Notes: generated by a model not told the origin, from the letters alone. Positions 7,987 to 18,747 are shown, counted from the stretch's first letter. The stretch is 64,000 bases of DNA from an uncultured delta proteobacterium (GCA_963850305.1 CAWKKR010000004.1:160001-224000), one strand, 5' to 3'. A program made the numbers and translations.

Positions 7987-10341
7987 GTGCCGTTTCGAGA
8001 GCGGTCCTTCTGGCTCGCCCTGGGCGCGCTGACCTACGTGTGCCTCGGCTCGCTGCCGAATGCGCGCGAGCCCCTCGTGCCCATGCTCGGCCTCGTCGTG
8101 CTGGCCCTGTGGCTCGGGGAAATATGGCGACGGACACGGCGCGCCGAGATCGGCGACCGCAAGCTCGAGCCCGCGGCGCGGTCCGCCGTGCGTGCGTGCC
8201 ACTTCGGAGCGGTGCTGTGGATCGCGGCCCGGTTCGGCGCACCGGGGCACGCCGCGCGGGACGCCGTGGCCAACCTGGCCGCTGCCACGGCCGCCGTCGC
8301 GGCCCTGGTGTCCCTGGCGCGGCTCGCTTCCGAAGGGGGTCTCATCGCGCCACCGCCCTCGAGTCGGTCTCTCGACGCTGCGGCGTTCGCCGGACTCCTC
8401 TGGGGGATCGCCGTGGCGCTGCCCGCGACGCGGGCGCTCTTCTCGACGAACGACGTGCTGCTCGACCCCCTCGCGATCGACTACGCGACGACGACGGCCG
8501 CGATCGGGAGTCTCCTCGTGCTGGTCGCCGCGTCGCTGCGCCTCCGCGTGCAGCGTCGTCTGGAAATCGGTGTCGCCGATCGAGTCGGAGGGGCGCTCTC
8601 GCTCGCACTGACGGCTCTCATCGTCGCGCTGCTCGCCGCGCTCGCGGACGTCGCATCGCCGGATCGCGTGCTCCCGGCGGCCGTCGTCATCGCGTCCCTC
8701 GCCTGTGCCTGGGCTGCGACGACGCGCGAACCCACCACGGTCTCCAGCACACTCCGGGGCGTTCTCGCCATCCTGATCCTGGGTGTTCCGGCAGCGCTGT
8801 TCATCGCCATCGCGGCTCGCGCGTACCCCGAACACGCGGCACCCATCACGCTGGTCGGTTCCATCGTCACGATCGCCATTGGCCTCGTCGCGCGTGACGT
8901 CGCGCGCCCGCTCGGGCCCGACCAATCCCGTTTCCTGTCCGCGATCGAACGCGCGAGCCACGGGGCGCTCCAGCCGGAGCCCGACGCGGCCATCCGCGCG
9001 GCCCTCGCCGCGCTCCGCACCGCCTATCGCGATCCCAGCGCGAAGCCCGAGCTCTGGCGGAACGCACCGGAGGAGGTCTTGAGCGTGGACGTCGCAGGGT
9101 ACCTGCACGTCGTCAAGGCCTCGGCGCCGGAGCTGCTCCTCACCCTGGCGAGTGCCGAACCCGAGCGGACGCTACGCGTCGAGACCCTGCGCGCCCTCGA
9201 GGTGCGGCGTCCGGAAGTGCGTCCCGTGCTGGCCTGGTTCGAGGCGCGCGACGCGCTGTGCGCCACGACGGTCGTCGACGAAGACGGCCCGCTCGGCTTC
9301 TTGCTGCTCCCGAAGAGTCACCGGAAGCGGTCCATCACGCTCGAAGAAGCGCGCGCGATCCGGCTCCTCGGGGATCGCATCAGTGCGCTCCTCGCGGTCT
9401 CGTCCGCGCTTGCCCGGTCGCGCGAGCGGGAGCTCCGGGCGGCGGCACACGCGACGGAGGTCGACGCGGAGTGCGCGCGGCTCGATCACATCATCCAGCT
9501 GGCGGCAGGCAGGCACCGTGCGTCCGCGGAGCTCGTGGCGCGGGCCACGCGCGTGGCGACCTACAGCCCAGCCGCCCGCTTCGCGCGGGACGAGCTGGAA
9601 CGCCACGGCCATACGGGCGAGCCGCTCGCGCTCGTCGTGCCTCCCGGAGTGCACGCGGCGGGATGGGCTGCCACGGCGCATCTCGCCAGTCCGGGCTCCG
9701 GGGGCCCCTTCGTCGTCGCGGACGCCGCGACCTCGTTGGAGCACGACGAGGAGCGCTGGCGCGATCCGGTCGCCTCGCCGCTCGCCCTCGCGGACGGCGG
9801 GACCCTCCTCATCCTCGACGTCGCTGCACTTCCACTGGTCATCCAGGACGACATCGCACGAGCCATCGTCCGGCGCGTCGCGGAGAGCGCTCCGTCGTCG
9901 ATTCCGCCGCCGATGCTCGTCGTCAGCGTACGCGAACCGGTGGACGATCTCGTCCTCGCCGGACGGCTCTCGCAAAAGCTCGCCGCGCGCGTCGGCCGCA
10001 GGGTGGTCACCCTCCCCTTCCTCGCCGACCGCTCGGAAGATCTGCGCGCGCTGGTGCTCGATCGCCTCGCTGGCATCGGCATGCGCACGCGCGGAGAGCC
10101 ACTCGGCATCGAGGCGTCGGCGCTGTCGCTCCTGCTCGAGCACGCCTTTCCCGGCAACGACACGGAGCTCGACGACGTGCTCGTCCGCGTGGCCCGCGTC
10201 GCGACCGGTCCCGCGGTGACCCGGGAGAACCTTGCGGCGATCGGATTTCACAAGATAGAGGCGACCGCGCCGCGCGAGACGCCGTCGATCGCGCCTGAGC
10301 CTCGCGGACGACGGTCGCCCGCGGCGCGAAGCGTGAGCTGA
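7987..10341 (+). CDS. Multi-pass membrane protein with GAF-like region and degenerate sigma54-interaction AAA+ domain
   Basis: About 9 hydrophobic segments in the first ~300 aa. C-terminal GGPFVVADA, LADGGTLLILDVAALPLVIQ, LPFLADRSEDL, LLEHAFPGNDTEL match the bEBP AAA+ skeleton. Confidence 0.75.
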   Translation: MPFRERSFWLALGALTYVCLGSLPNAREPLVPMLGLVVLALWLGEIWRRTRRAEIGDRKLEPAARSAVRACHFGAVLWIAARFGAPGHAARDAVANLAAATAAVAALVSLARLASEGGLIAPPPSSRSLDAAAFAGLLWGIAVALPATRALFSTNDVLLDPLAIDYATTTAAIGSLLVLVAASLRLRVQRRLEIGVADRVGGALSLALTALIVALLAALADVASPDRVLPAAVVIASLACAWAATTREPTTVSSTLRGVLAILILGVPAALFIAIAARAYPEHAAPITLVGSIVTIAIGLVARDVARPLGPDQSRFLSAIERASHGALQPEPDAAIRAALAALRTAYRDPSAKPELWRNAPEEVLSVDVAGYLHVVKASAPELLLTLASAEPERTLRVETLRALEVRRPEVRPVLAWFEARDALCATTVVDEDGPLGFLLLPKSHRKRSITLEEARAIRLLGDRISALLAVSSALARSRERELRAAAHATEVDAECARLDHIIQLAAGRHRASAELVARATRVATYSPAARFARDELERHGHTGEPLALVVPPGVHAAGWAATAHLASPGSGGPFVVADAATSLEHDEERWRDPVASPLALADGGTLLILDVAALPLVIQDDIARAIVRRVAESAPSSIPPPMLVVSVREPVDDLVLAGRLSQKLAARVGRRVVTLPFLADRSEDLRALVLDRLAGIGMRTRGEPLGIEASALSLLLEHAFPGNDTELDDVLVRVARVATGPAVTRENLAAIGFHKIEATAPRETPSIAPEPRGRRSPAARSVS

Positions 10342-10375
10342 GCGCAACGCTGGCGAGAAGATGATGGCTCGCTCC

Positions 10376-10942
10376 TCATCGCTCGATGATGCGACTGCTC
10401 GCGAGCTCCCAGCCGGTCGCGCCGTTCTTGACGCGCGTGGTGCCGCGAATGCCCTCGACGTCGTACTTGTAGGCGACGCTGACGGACTTGTCCTCCACCT
10501 TGATCCGCGTGATGACGACGACGGGATCTTTCGGGGACCTGGGGCCGTCGACGATCGTCACTTCGTAGCCGCCCTTCACGAGCTTGAGATCCTTGGGAAG
10601 ATCGGGGCCGGCGACCTTCACCCGGGCGCGCCCCGGTTTTTCGACATGTAGATAAGAGGTGAGCTCGGGATCGTCGAGTACGGCCTGGAGTACTTTGGTG
10701 AGATCCTCGGGCGATAGCGCCTCGGGTCCGGGGGTGTCGGCCGAAGGAGCGGGCGTCGCGTCTGCCGCCGGCACGGTCGCGCTTTCCGCATCGGGGGCGG
10801 AGCTTTCGTCGCTGGCGGGATTCTTGGGAGCATCCGCGGGAGCGGCGGCAGCCGGGGGCTGTTCCGGAACTTTCGGCGCCGCCTTGCCGGCACCGCACCC
10901 CACCACGACGAGCAAGCACCAGGAGAACGTCCCTCTTGTCAT
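10376..10942 (-). CDS. Hypothetical lipoprotein with Pro/Ala-rich linker
   Basis: MTRGTFSWCLLVVVGCGAGKAAPKVPEQ... (lipobox VVGC); C-terminal part of the 10376..12346 track ORF. Confidence 0.7.
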   Translation of the reverse strand: MTRGTFSWCLLVVVGCGAGKAAPKVPEQPPAAAAPADAPKNPASDESSAPDAESATVPAADATPAPSADTPGPEALSPEDLTKVLQAVLDDPELTSYLHVEKPGRARVKVAGPDLPKDLKLVKGGYEVTIVDGPRSPKDPVVVITRIKVEDKSVSVAYKYDVEGIRGTTRVKNGATGWELASSRIIER

Positions 10943-11047
10943 GTCCCCGGGGGTAGGAGGCCCGCGCCACGAACGCAAGGCACTCGGCTTCTCGGGCGTC
11001 CCGCGCGCTCGACTCCGGGTCGGGCGGGGACTACTGTCACAGGCCGC

Positions 11048-14000
11048 GTGAACTTCGACTTTCCGGGACGGACTCTCGGCGGACGCTTCCGTGTTCAGTA
11101 CGAAGTCGGGCGCGGTGGCGCCGGGGTGGTGTACCGGGCCATCGACGAGTCGACGGGCGCGCCCGTGGCGATCAAGGTGGTCGGGGGCGAAGCCGGGATG
11201 GACCCGAAGGAAGAGGCGCGCCTGGAGCGCGAGGGCGATGTGCTCCGGAACCTCGATCATCCGGGGATCGTGCGCGTGGTCGCATCGGGGCGGCTCGACG
11301 AGACGGGGCAGCCGTTTCTCGCGATGGAGTGGCTGGACGGGGAGGATCTCGCGGCCCGGCACAAGAAGACGCCGCTCACGTTCCTGCAGTGCGTCGAGCT
11401 CGGGATCTTCGTCGCGCAGGCGCTCGAAGCGGCGCACGACGCCGGAATCGTTCACCGTGACGTGAAGCCGAGCAACATTTTCATGTGCGATGCCTCGCGC
11501 ACGTCGACGGAGTTCCTGGAGGTCATGCCGAAGCTCGTGGACTTCGGCGTGGCCACGTCGGACGACATCCGCGTGACGCGGACGGGGGACGTCGTGGGCA
11601 CGCCCGCCTACATGGCGCCGGAGCAGGCGCGCGGAGATGCCCCCATCGACGCGCGCTGCGACATTTACTCGCTGGGCGCGACGCTGTTCGAGCTCATCGC
11701 GGATCGGCCGCCGCACGTCGGGCCGACTCTCATCGCCACGCTTGCCCGTCTCGTCACGACGAGTCCGCCGCGGCTGCGCGAGCTCAAGCGGAACGTGCCG
11801 CCGATGCTCGACAATCTGGTTCATCGGATGCTGTCGAGCGATCCGATGGACCGCCCCGGCTCGGCGCAGGAAGTCGCCGAGACGCTGCGGATGCTGCTGC
11901 GGCAATCGCCGACGGCGAATGTGCTGGAATCGATGGAGCCGGTGGTCTCGAACCGGCTCGGCTCGAGCGCGTCGCGTCTGGTCACGTCGATCGTCGCGAT
12001 CGGCTTCGCGAGCGGTTCCGCCAGGGATCTCGCGATCCAGATGCTCCGCGAGAGCGACGCGGACGCGGTGCCGCTCGGCCACGACTCGATCGTCGCGCAT
12101 CTCGGAGCGCGGTTCGCGGTGGGCACGGAAGCGTCCGTCGCGCTCGACCTCGGTCGGCGACTCGCGAAGAGCGGCGCCCGCGTCGGCGTCGCGAGCGGGC
12201 GCGCGCGCGTGAACCTGTCCGCGCCCTCGGGCGACGTCCAGCCCATCGGCGAAGTGATGGACCGGGCTTCTGCGCTGGCCCGCGACGCCACCCTCGGTAC
12301 CCTGCTCGCGGACGCGACGACGAGCGAGCTCGGCCGCGGAAGGCACGAATTCCGCTCGCGCGACGACGGCTCCGCCATCGTCGGTGACGCGCTGCGCGGG
12401 CTCCGCGGCGATCGCATGGGCGGCGCGCCGTTCGTGGGCCGCGACGCCGAACTGGCCCAGGTGTCGAGCGCCTTCGAGCGGACCACCGGCGATCAGACGC
12501 CCATCGTCGTGAGCATCACGGGCCCTCCCGGCATCGGAAAGAGCCGCCTGCGCCGTGAAGTGCTCGCTCGCCTCACGGCGCGCGCCGATGCTCCACGCGG
12601 TCGTTCTGCAACGCAGCGAGGCTTACGGCAAGAGCCAGGCCCTCGGCGCGGCGACCGACGTGGTCCGCGCGCTGCTCAATCTGCCGAAAGGCGCGTCCGT
12701 AGGGGAATCGGAGGCGGCGATCATCGACCAGCTCGGACCGGAGACGCGGAGCGAAGTGACGTCGCAGAACCGCCAGATCGTCGCGCGCCTGCTGTCGGAC
12801 GTGGCGCTGCCGCACGGCTCGGATCTCCTCGGCATGAGGGATCTGCTCTGGTTGGCCATGACGGACCTCGTGCTCCAGGTCGCGGGGTCCGCGCCGACCG
12901 TCATCGTCATCGAGGATCTCCAGTGGGCGGATCCGGAGAGCGTGGGCTGGCTCGATCACTTGATCGGTCGCGCGGCAAACCGCTCGATCATGGTGCTCGC
13001 CTTGATGCGCCCGAGCTTCTGGACGGATCACCCGGGTCGGTTCACCGGCAGAGACCACGTGCGGCTCGAGCTTCGCCCGATCTCGAAGCGCGCGTCGCGA
13101 ACCATCGCCAGGTCCTTCCTCGGCGAGGAAGTGACCGACGCGGTGCTCGACCGGATCGCGGAGCAGGCCGCGGGCTTACCGCTGTTCGCCGAGGAACTGT
13201 CACGCCTCGCCGCCGCCGGCGGAGACACGGAGCACGCGCCGACGATCGAAGCCGCGATCCAGGCGAGCCTCGATTCGCTCAGCGTGGACTCGCGCGACGC
13301 CATCGGGCGGCTCTCGGTGTTCGGTCTCACGGGCTGGGACGCGGGGCTCGAGGCGCTCGGCATGGGCGGCGTCGAGAGGCGACTCCGGGATCTTGCGACC
13401 GTCGAAATCTTGATCGAGCAGAGCGGTTCTCGGTTTCCGAGCTCACGCGAGTGGATGTTCAAACATTCGCTGTTCCGGGACGTCATCTATTCGTCGCTCG
13501 GGGAGCTCGAACGAAAGGAGCTGCACGCGCTCGCCGCGGACTGGCTCGCGTCCATGGGCGAAGACGCCTCCGTCGATCGCCGGCCATTACGACCTCGGAG
13601 GGCAAGAGCAGAAGGCGGCTTTTCACTGGGCGCGCGCCGCGCGCCGCGCCCTCGCCACGAACGCGCTTCGCGACGCGCTCGTGATGGCGGAGCGGGCCCT
13701 CGCGTTCGCCGAGGACAAAGTGACGGGGTTCGAGCGCGCGAGCTGCCTCGACGAGGCGTGGAGTCGGCTCGATCCGCGCGCGAGCGATCGACAGACATCG
13801 ATCGAGGCGCTCGAGGAGAATGTTCACGACGACGTGACGGCCCTCCTCGCACGCGGCGCCCGCGTTCGGTACGAGGACGCGCGCGGCACGGGAGAAGACG
13901 TCTCCGAGCGGCTCGCCAGCACCCGCGATGAAGCCGCGGCCCTCGGGCTTCACGATGAGGTCGCGCGGTGCTCGGCCACGCTCGCGACGCGCCTCGCCTT

Positions 14001-14955
14001 CGCCGGACAGTTCGAGGAAGCCGAGACGGAAGCGAATCGACTCCTCGCACTCTCGGAGAAGCACAAGGTGCTCTCGGCCGCTGTCGATGCCTGGCAGACC
14101 CTCGCCATCATCCGGCAAGCGCGGGGCGAGCTGTCTTCCGCCCTCGACGCGCGCAGAGCAGCCGTCACGGCCGCCCGCGCCGCGGCCCTTCGCGAACGAG
14201 AGGCGACCCTGAACTGCAACCTGGGCTTCGCTCTCACGACGATCGGCGCGAGACAGGAGGCGCGCGCCTCCGTGGACCGCGGCCTCGAGCTCGCCGATGC
14301 GATCGGAAGCGCCGGAACCGTCCGCCATGCGCAGATGAATTTGCTCTGCTGGGCATCGACGTTCGGGAACGACCGAAAGCTCGAGGCTGTTCTGAGCGAG
14401 GTGCGCGCGGACGCCGATGCGGCGGCGAACGGGACGTGGACGGCTCCCGATCGAGGCAATCTCGGCGTGTTGTTCTATCGCGGGGTCGAGCTCCTTCGCT
14501 CGGAGTCCCACGCCGCGGTCGAGCGCGCGCGTTCGCTGCTCCGCATCTCCGCGGAGACCTACCGCGCCACGAAAAACCGCGACGTGCTGCCCGTCGCGCT
14601 CGGCATGTGGGCGCTCTCCGAGCAGAAACTCGGAGCCACGGAGCGCGCGCTGGAGCTCGCGCGCGAGGCCGCAACGTTGCTCGAGAGTGGCGCGCCGAGC
14701 CTCCTGAACGAAGCCGTCGTGTATCTCGTGCTGCACGATTGCCGGAAGGCCATGGGAGCCGAAGTCGAGGCGCGTGAAGCAATCGAACAGTCGATCCCGA
14801 GACTCTTGCGACGCGTTCGCGGGCTGGTCGGCACGCCGTACGCGCGTCTGTTTCTCACCGAGCTCGTGCACAACGCCCAGCTCGTCGCGACGGCGGAAGC
14901 ATACGGACTCGTCCCCGACGCGATCCACCAGGTGCTCGAGCGCGGCGCTTCGTAG
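11048..14955 (+). CDS. Ser/Thr protein kinase fused to degenerate cyclase-like domain, STAND-type AAA ATPase and TPR-like repeats; two frameshifts (~12595, ~13575)
   Basis: GRGGAGVVY, VAIK, HRDVKPSN, DFG, GTPAYMAPEQ; FVGRDAEL, GPPGIGKS (Walker A), IVIEDLQWAD (Walker B), GLPLFAEEL, FKHSLFRDVIY. Three consecutive track ORFs join into one gene. Confidence 0.85.
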
Positions 14956-15183
14956 AGGGTCACCGGGCGCGCCGAGCCGAGCGCCGTGTGAGTCGGGCCG
15001 GTTGCGGTGACGGGCGCGGGAGCGGAGCCGGAAGAAGAGACGATTTCGGGATGGGGAGCGGGAACGCGCACAGATTCGCAACGCCGACAGATTTGGGGGA
15101 GCCGCCGCGGCCTCGACGATTCCGACGTTTCGTGAGAGAGTCCTGGGCGCGGCGTAAGAGGCCGGAGAGGAACACGACGCGTG

Positions 15184-16230
15184 ATGGGTCGAACCTTTGT
15201 CGCCCTGGGTGCAGCGATTGCGGTTGCGGGTTGCGGTTCGAGCACCCACTCGAACGGAGGCCCCGATGGGAGTACCAACCAGACCGCGAGCTCCGGCGGA
15301 GCGACCGCGTCCGGAGGCAGCGTCTCGGCGGGGGGCGCTCCATCGACGGGCGGCAGTGGCTCCGGCGGACGCACGGGCTCCACGGGCGGCGCTTCGTCGA
15401 AAGGCGGCACTTCGTCGGCAGGCGGCGCGTCGTCCACCGGCGCAGCCGACGGGGGTTCTGCAGAAGCGGCAGAGGTTACGCGCGTGTCCGGGTGGCTGAA
15501 GGACACGTCGAGCGGGCTACCCGGTTACGCCTACACCAACATCAAACAGAACTTCGCCACGACTCTGGCCTTCGACGGACTCGTTCACGCCATCGTTCTC
15601 TCGTGTGTGGAGTTTGCGCCGAAGGAGCCAGACTGGCTCGAGTACTGCGAGGCCGTCCTCGCGTCGGCGATCGTCGCCGAGAGCTCGTACGATCCCACCG
15701 CGAACGTGCTGGATTCCTACGGGACGCGCTCCGTGAACGGCACCACTGCGGACGACCCGACGGTGGGGCTCTTGCAGATCCGCTTCAGCTCCACGGTGAA
15801 CTCATTCAACTATTACGGGCCGTTCGACAGGATGGCCGCGCTCGGGTGTTCCTGGCCCGCCGAGCTCGTCACCCAGAGCAACGACGCCGTGTTCTGGGCG
15901 ACGAAAGGCCCCAGCTATCTGACGTTCATGGAAGACCCCGCGTGTAACATCGGCCTCTCCGCCTGGGATTATTTCTCGAACGCGACGGGGAACGGCGGGC
16001 CCACGGTCGAATACACGTATCAGTACTGCCAGGGGCAGGGCGTCGGAGGCGACATGGTCGAAGGTCTGCTCTCCCATCTCGAGGGACCTGCGTACCCGCG
16101 CCCTGCGGACGCCACGAACAGCTACGTCACGGGCATCAAGTCGCACTTCGCGGCCTTGCTCGGCGGACTCCCCACGCCGGACCCGTTCACCGAGCCCCTC
16201 GCGACGGAAGAGTCGAAGTATTGCCGCTGA
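15184..16230 (+). CDS. Lipoprotein with lysozyme-like / SLT transglycosylase-like domain
   Basis: Lipobox VAGC, G/S/T-rich linker, then IVAESSYDP, GLLQI and DPACNIGLSA resembling SLT motifs. Confidence 0.65.
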   Translation: MGRTFVALGAAIAVAGCGSSTHSNGGPDGSTNQTASSGGATASGGSVSAGGAPSTGGSGSGGRTGSTGGASSKGGTSSAGGASSTGAADGGSAEAAEVTRVSGWLKDTSSGLPGYAYTNIKQNFATTLAFDGLVHAIVLSCVEFAPKEPDWLEYCEAVLASAIVAESSYDPTANVLDSYGTRSVNGTTADDPTVGLLQIRFSSTVNSFNYYGPFDRMAALGCSWPAELVTQSNDAVFWATKGPSYLTFMEDPACNIGLSAWDYFSNATGNGGPTVEYTYQYCQGQGVGGDMVEGLLSHLEGPAYPRPADATNSYVTGIKSHFAALLGGLPTPDPFTEPLATEESKYCR

Positions 16231-16254
16231 CGATCCTTCGGACCTTCGCGTCCG

Positions 16255-17100
16255 TCACCAGCGACGGGCGCGACCCGCCTTGGTCTCGGTGACGACCTGC
16301 TGGTCCTGCTCTTTCTTCAGGAGCACGCCGGTGAATGGGAGCTCCGCGCGGATCCGATCCGCGCCGACACCCGCCGCGGCCAGGACGGCGATCCAGTCCA
16401 CGAGCTCGCTCGTCGAGGGACGCTTCCTCACCCGTGGAATGCCGCGCACTTCGTAGAAGGCGCCGATGGCCTGCTCGACGGTCTGATCGTCGATGTCCGG
16501 ATGGTGCACGCGCACGATGCGCTTCATCAGCTCCGGCTCCGGAAAATCGATGAAGTGGAACACGCACCGCCGCAGGAATGCGTCCGGGAGCTCCTTTTCG
16601 TTGTTGCTCGTGATGATGACGACGGGCCGCTCTTTCGCGACCACCTCGTCCCCGGTCTCGGCCACGACGAACCGCATGCGATCGATCTCGTGCAGGAGAT
16701 CGTTGGGGAACTCCAGGTCCGCCTTGTCCACTTCGTCGATGAGGAGCACCACGCGGCGCTCGGACTTCAACGCGCGCCCGAGCGGCCCGAGCTTGATGTA
16801 GCGCCGGATGTCCTTGACGCCCTCGGGCCCGGCATCGCCGAATCGCGCGTCGTACAGGCGCTGCACCGTGTCGTAGACGTAGAGTCCGTCCTGCGCGCGC
16901 GTGGTCGACTTGACGGGCCAGTGGATGAGGTCGAGCCCGAGCGCCTCGCCGACGGCCGTCGCGAGCAACGTCTTGCCCGTACCCGGCTCGCCCTTGACGA
17001 GCAGCGGGCGCTCGAGCGTCAACGCGGCGTTGACCGCGGCGTCGAGTGCCGGGTCGGTCAGGTAGCTCCGGGTTCCCTTGAATGGCGTGTGCTGGCTCAC
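16255..17100 (-). CDS. MoxR family AAA+ ATPase
   Basis: RPLLVKGEPGTGKT, VLLIDEVDKAD, IITSNNEKELPDAFLRRC, KRPSTSELVDW. Confidence 0.92.
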   Translation of the reverse strand: MSQHTPFKGTRSYLTDPALDAAVNAALTLERPLLVKGEPGTGKTLLATAVGEALGLDLIHWPVKSTTRAQDGLYVYDTVQRLYDARFGDAGPEGVKDIRRYIKLGPLGRALKSERRVVLLIDEVDKADLEFPNDLLHEIDRMRFVVAETGDEVVAKERPVVIITSNNEKELPDAFLRRCVFHFIDFPEPELMKRIVRVHHPDIDDQTVEQAIGAFYEVRGIPRVRKRPSTSELVDWIAVLAAAGVGADRIRAELPFTGVLLKKEQDQQVVTETKAGRARRW

Positions 17101-17192
17101 GTGGCTCTCCGATTCCGGCTGCTACCATGGAAGGCCCGGCGCCGCCCTCCGAAACGAGCGATGGCGATCGCGATGTGGGATGATGGAGGGCC

Positions 17193-18236
17193 ATGGGCAG
17201 CGCGGTTCCGGGGGCTCGCTATGAAATCCGCAGCGCCGTGCCGGGTGACGAAGAAGCCCTCCTCGAGCTCGCCCGCGAACTGAACACGGTCAATCTCCCG
17301 AACGACCGCCCCCACATTCAGCGCCTGCTCGCGCAGAGCGCGAAGAGCTTCGCGGGAGAGCTCGCCCCGAAGGCGCGAAAGTACGTATTCATCTCGTGGG
17401 ACCTCCACACGGGGCGGGCCGTCGGGACGTCCATGATCGTCGCGCAGCTCGGGCGACGCGGCGCGCCCTACATCTATTTCGACGTGCAGACCGAGGAGAA
17501 GTACGCGGCGAGCGTCGACAAGCACTTCGAGCACACGCTGCTCCGGATCGGATTCTCGTACGACGGCCCGACGGAGCTCGGCGGGCTCGTCGTCGCGCCT
17601 GCATACCGGAAGGCGCCGGAGCGGCTCGGGCTCTCGATCTCCCACGTGAGGTTCCTGTTCATCGCGATGCATCGGAATCTCTTTCGCGATCAGCTCCTGG
17701 CCGAGCTTCTGCCGCCGCTCGAACCCGACGGGACGAGCCCTCTCTGGGAAGCGATCGGCCGGCGCTTCACGGACATGAGCTACGCGGAGGCGGATCTGCT
17801 CTCGAGCGAGAACAAGGATTTCATTCGTGACCTGTTTCCGCGAGACCCGATTTACGTGACGCTCCTCGGACCCGAGGCGAGAGCCCTCGTCGGCCAGGTC
17901 GGCGCGGGCACGAAGGGCGTGGAGAAGATGCTCCGCCGCATCGGTTTCTCCTATTGCGACCGGGTCGACCCGTTCGACGGTGGACCCCACTTCACGGCGA
18001 ACACCGACGACGTCACTCTCGTTCGCGAGTCCGGCACGGCCGCCGCGGGCGCCGCACTCGAAGCGAGCGCGGAAGTCCCGCGTTACCTCGTCGCACGCGA
18101 AGCCGAGAGTGAACCGTATTTCCGCGCTGTCGAGACGCCCGCATCGCTGAGCGCCGGAACGCTCCGTTTGCCCTCCGGCGTGCTCGAGCAACTCGCCGTG
18201 TCCGAAGGCGACACTGTTCACTACTTGCCGAGATAG
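17193..18236 (+). CDS. astA: Arginine N-succinyltransferase
   Basis: VNLPND, YDGPTELGGL, LSISHVRFLFI, LLAEL, SPLWEAIGRRFTDMSYAEAD, DPFDGGPH. Confidence 0.85.
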   Translation: MGSAVPGARYEIRSAVPGDEEALLELARELNTVNLPNDRPHIQRLLAQSAKSFAGELAPKARKYVFISWDLHTGRAVGTSMIVAQLGRRGAPYIYFDVQTEEKYAASVDKHFEHTLLRIGFSYDGPTELGGLVVAPAYRKAPERLGLSISHVRFLFIAMHRNLFRDQLLAELLPPLEPDGTSPLWEAIGRRFTDMSYAEADLLSSENKDFIRDLFPRDPIYVTLLGPEARALVGQVGAGTKGVEKMLRRIGFSYCDRVDPFDGGPHFTANTDDVTLVRESGTAAAGAALEASAEVPRYLVAREAESEPYFRAVETPASLSAGTLRLPSGVLEQLAVSEGDTVHYLPR

Positions 18237-18330
18237 CGATCTCTCCCGGAACGCGGGTCTAGTTGAGCCACTTCGGAACGCCATGCCCGAGCGGCGGATT
18301 CCCGCGTCCTCGACGAGACGATGCGCATCC

Positions 18331-18666
18331 CTCGCGGCGGACGCGGGCATCCTTGCCGAGGACGCGGGCATCCTCGCGGCGGACGCGAGCATCCTTGCCG
18401 AGGACGCAGGCATCCTCGCTGCGGACGCGAGCATCCTTGCCGAGGACGCGAGCATCCTCGCTGCGGACGCGAGCATCCTTGCCGAGGACGCAGGCATCCT
18501 CGCTGCGGACGCGGGCATCCTCGCTGCGGACGCGGGCATCCTCGCTGAGGACGCGGGCATCCTCGCTGAGGACGCGGGCATCCTCGCTGCGGACGCGGGC
18601 ATCCTCGCTGCGGACGCGGGCATCCTCGCCGCGGACACGGGCATCCTCGCTGAGGACGCCTCCGTC
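18331..18666. repeat. Tandem array of 16 x 21-bp units (consensus ~CTCGCTG(C/A)GGACGCG(G/A)GCATC)
   Basis: Directly visible. Reads LA(A/E)DA(G/S)I x16 on + and MPAS(A/S)AR on -. A partial inverted copy lies at ~18297-18312. Confidence 0.95.
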
Positions 18667-18747
18667 CTTGACGTCATCATGCCCGTCCTCGACATCATCG
18701 TCGCGGATCGCTGCGCGATCCCCGGCTTCCGTCGACAGAGGACGTAC

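Noticed and set aside
18331..18666. CRISPR array
   Set aside because: Units are directly abutting 21-mers with no unique spacers, and no cas genes are present in the window.
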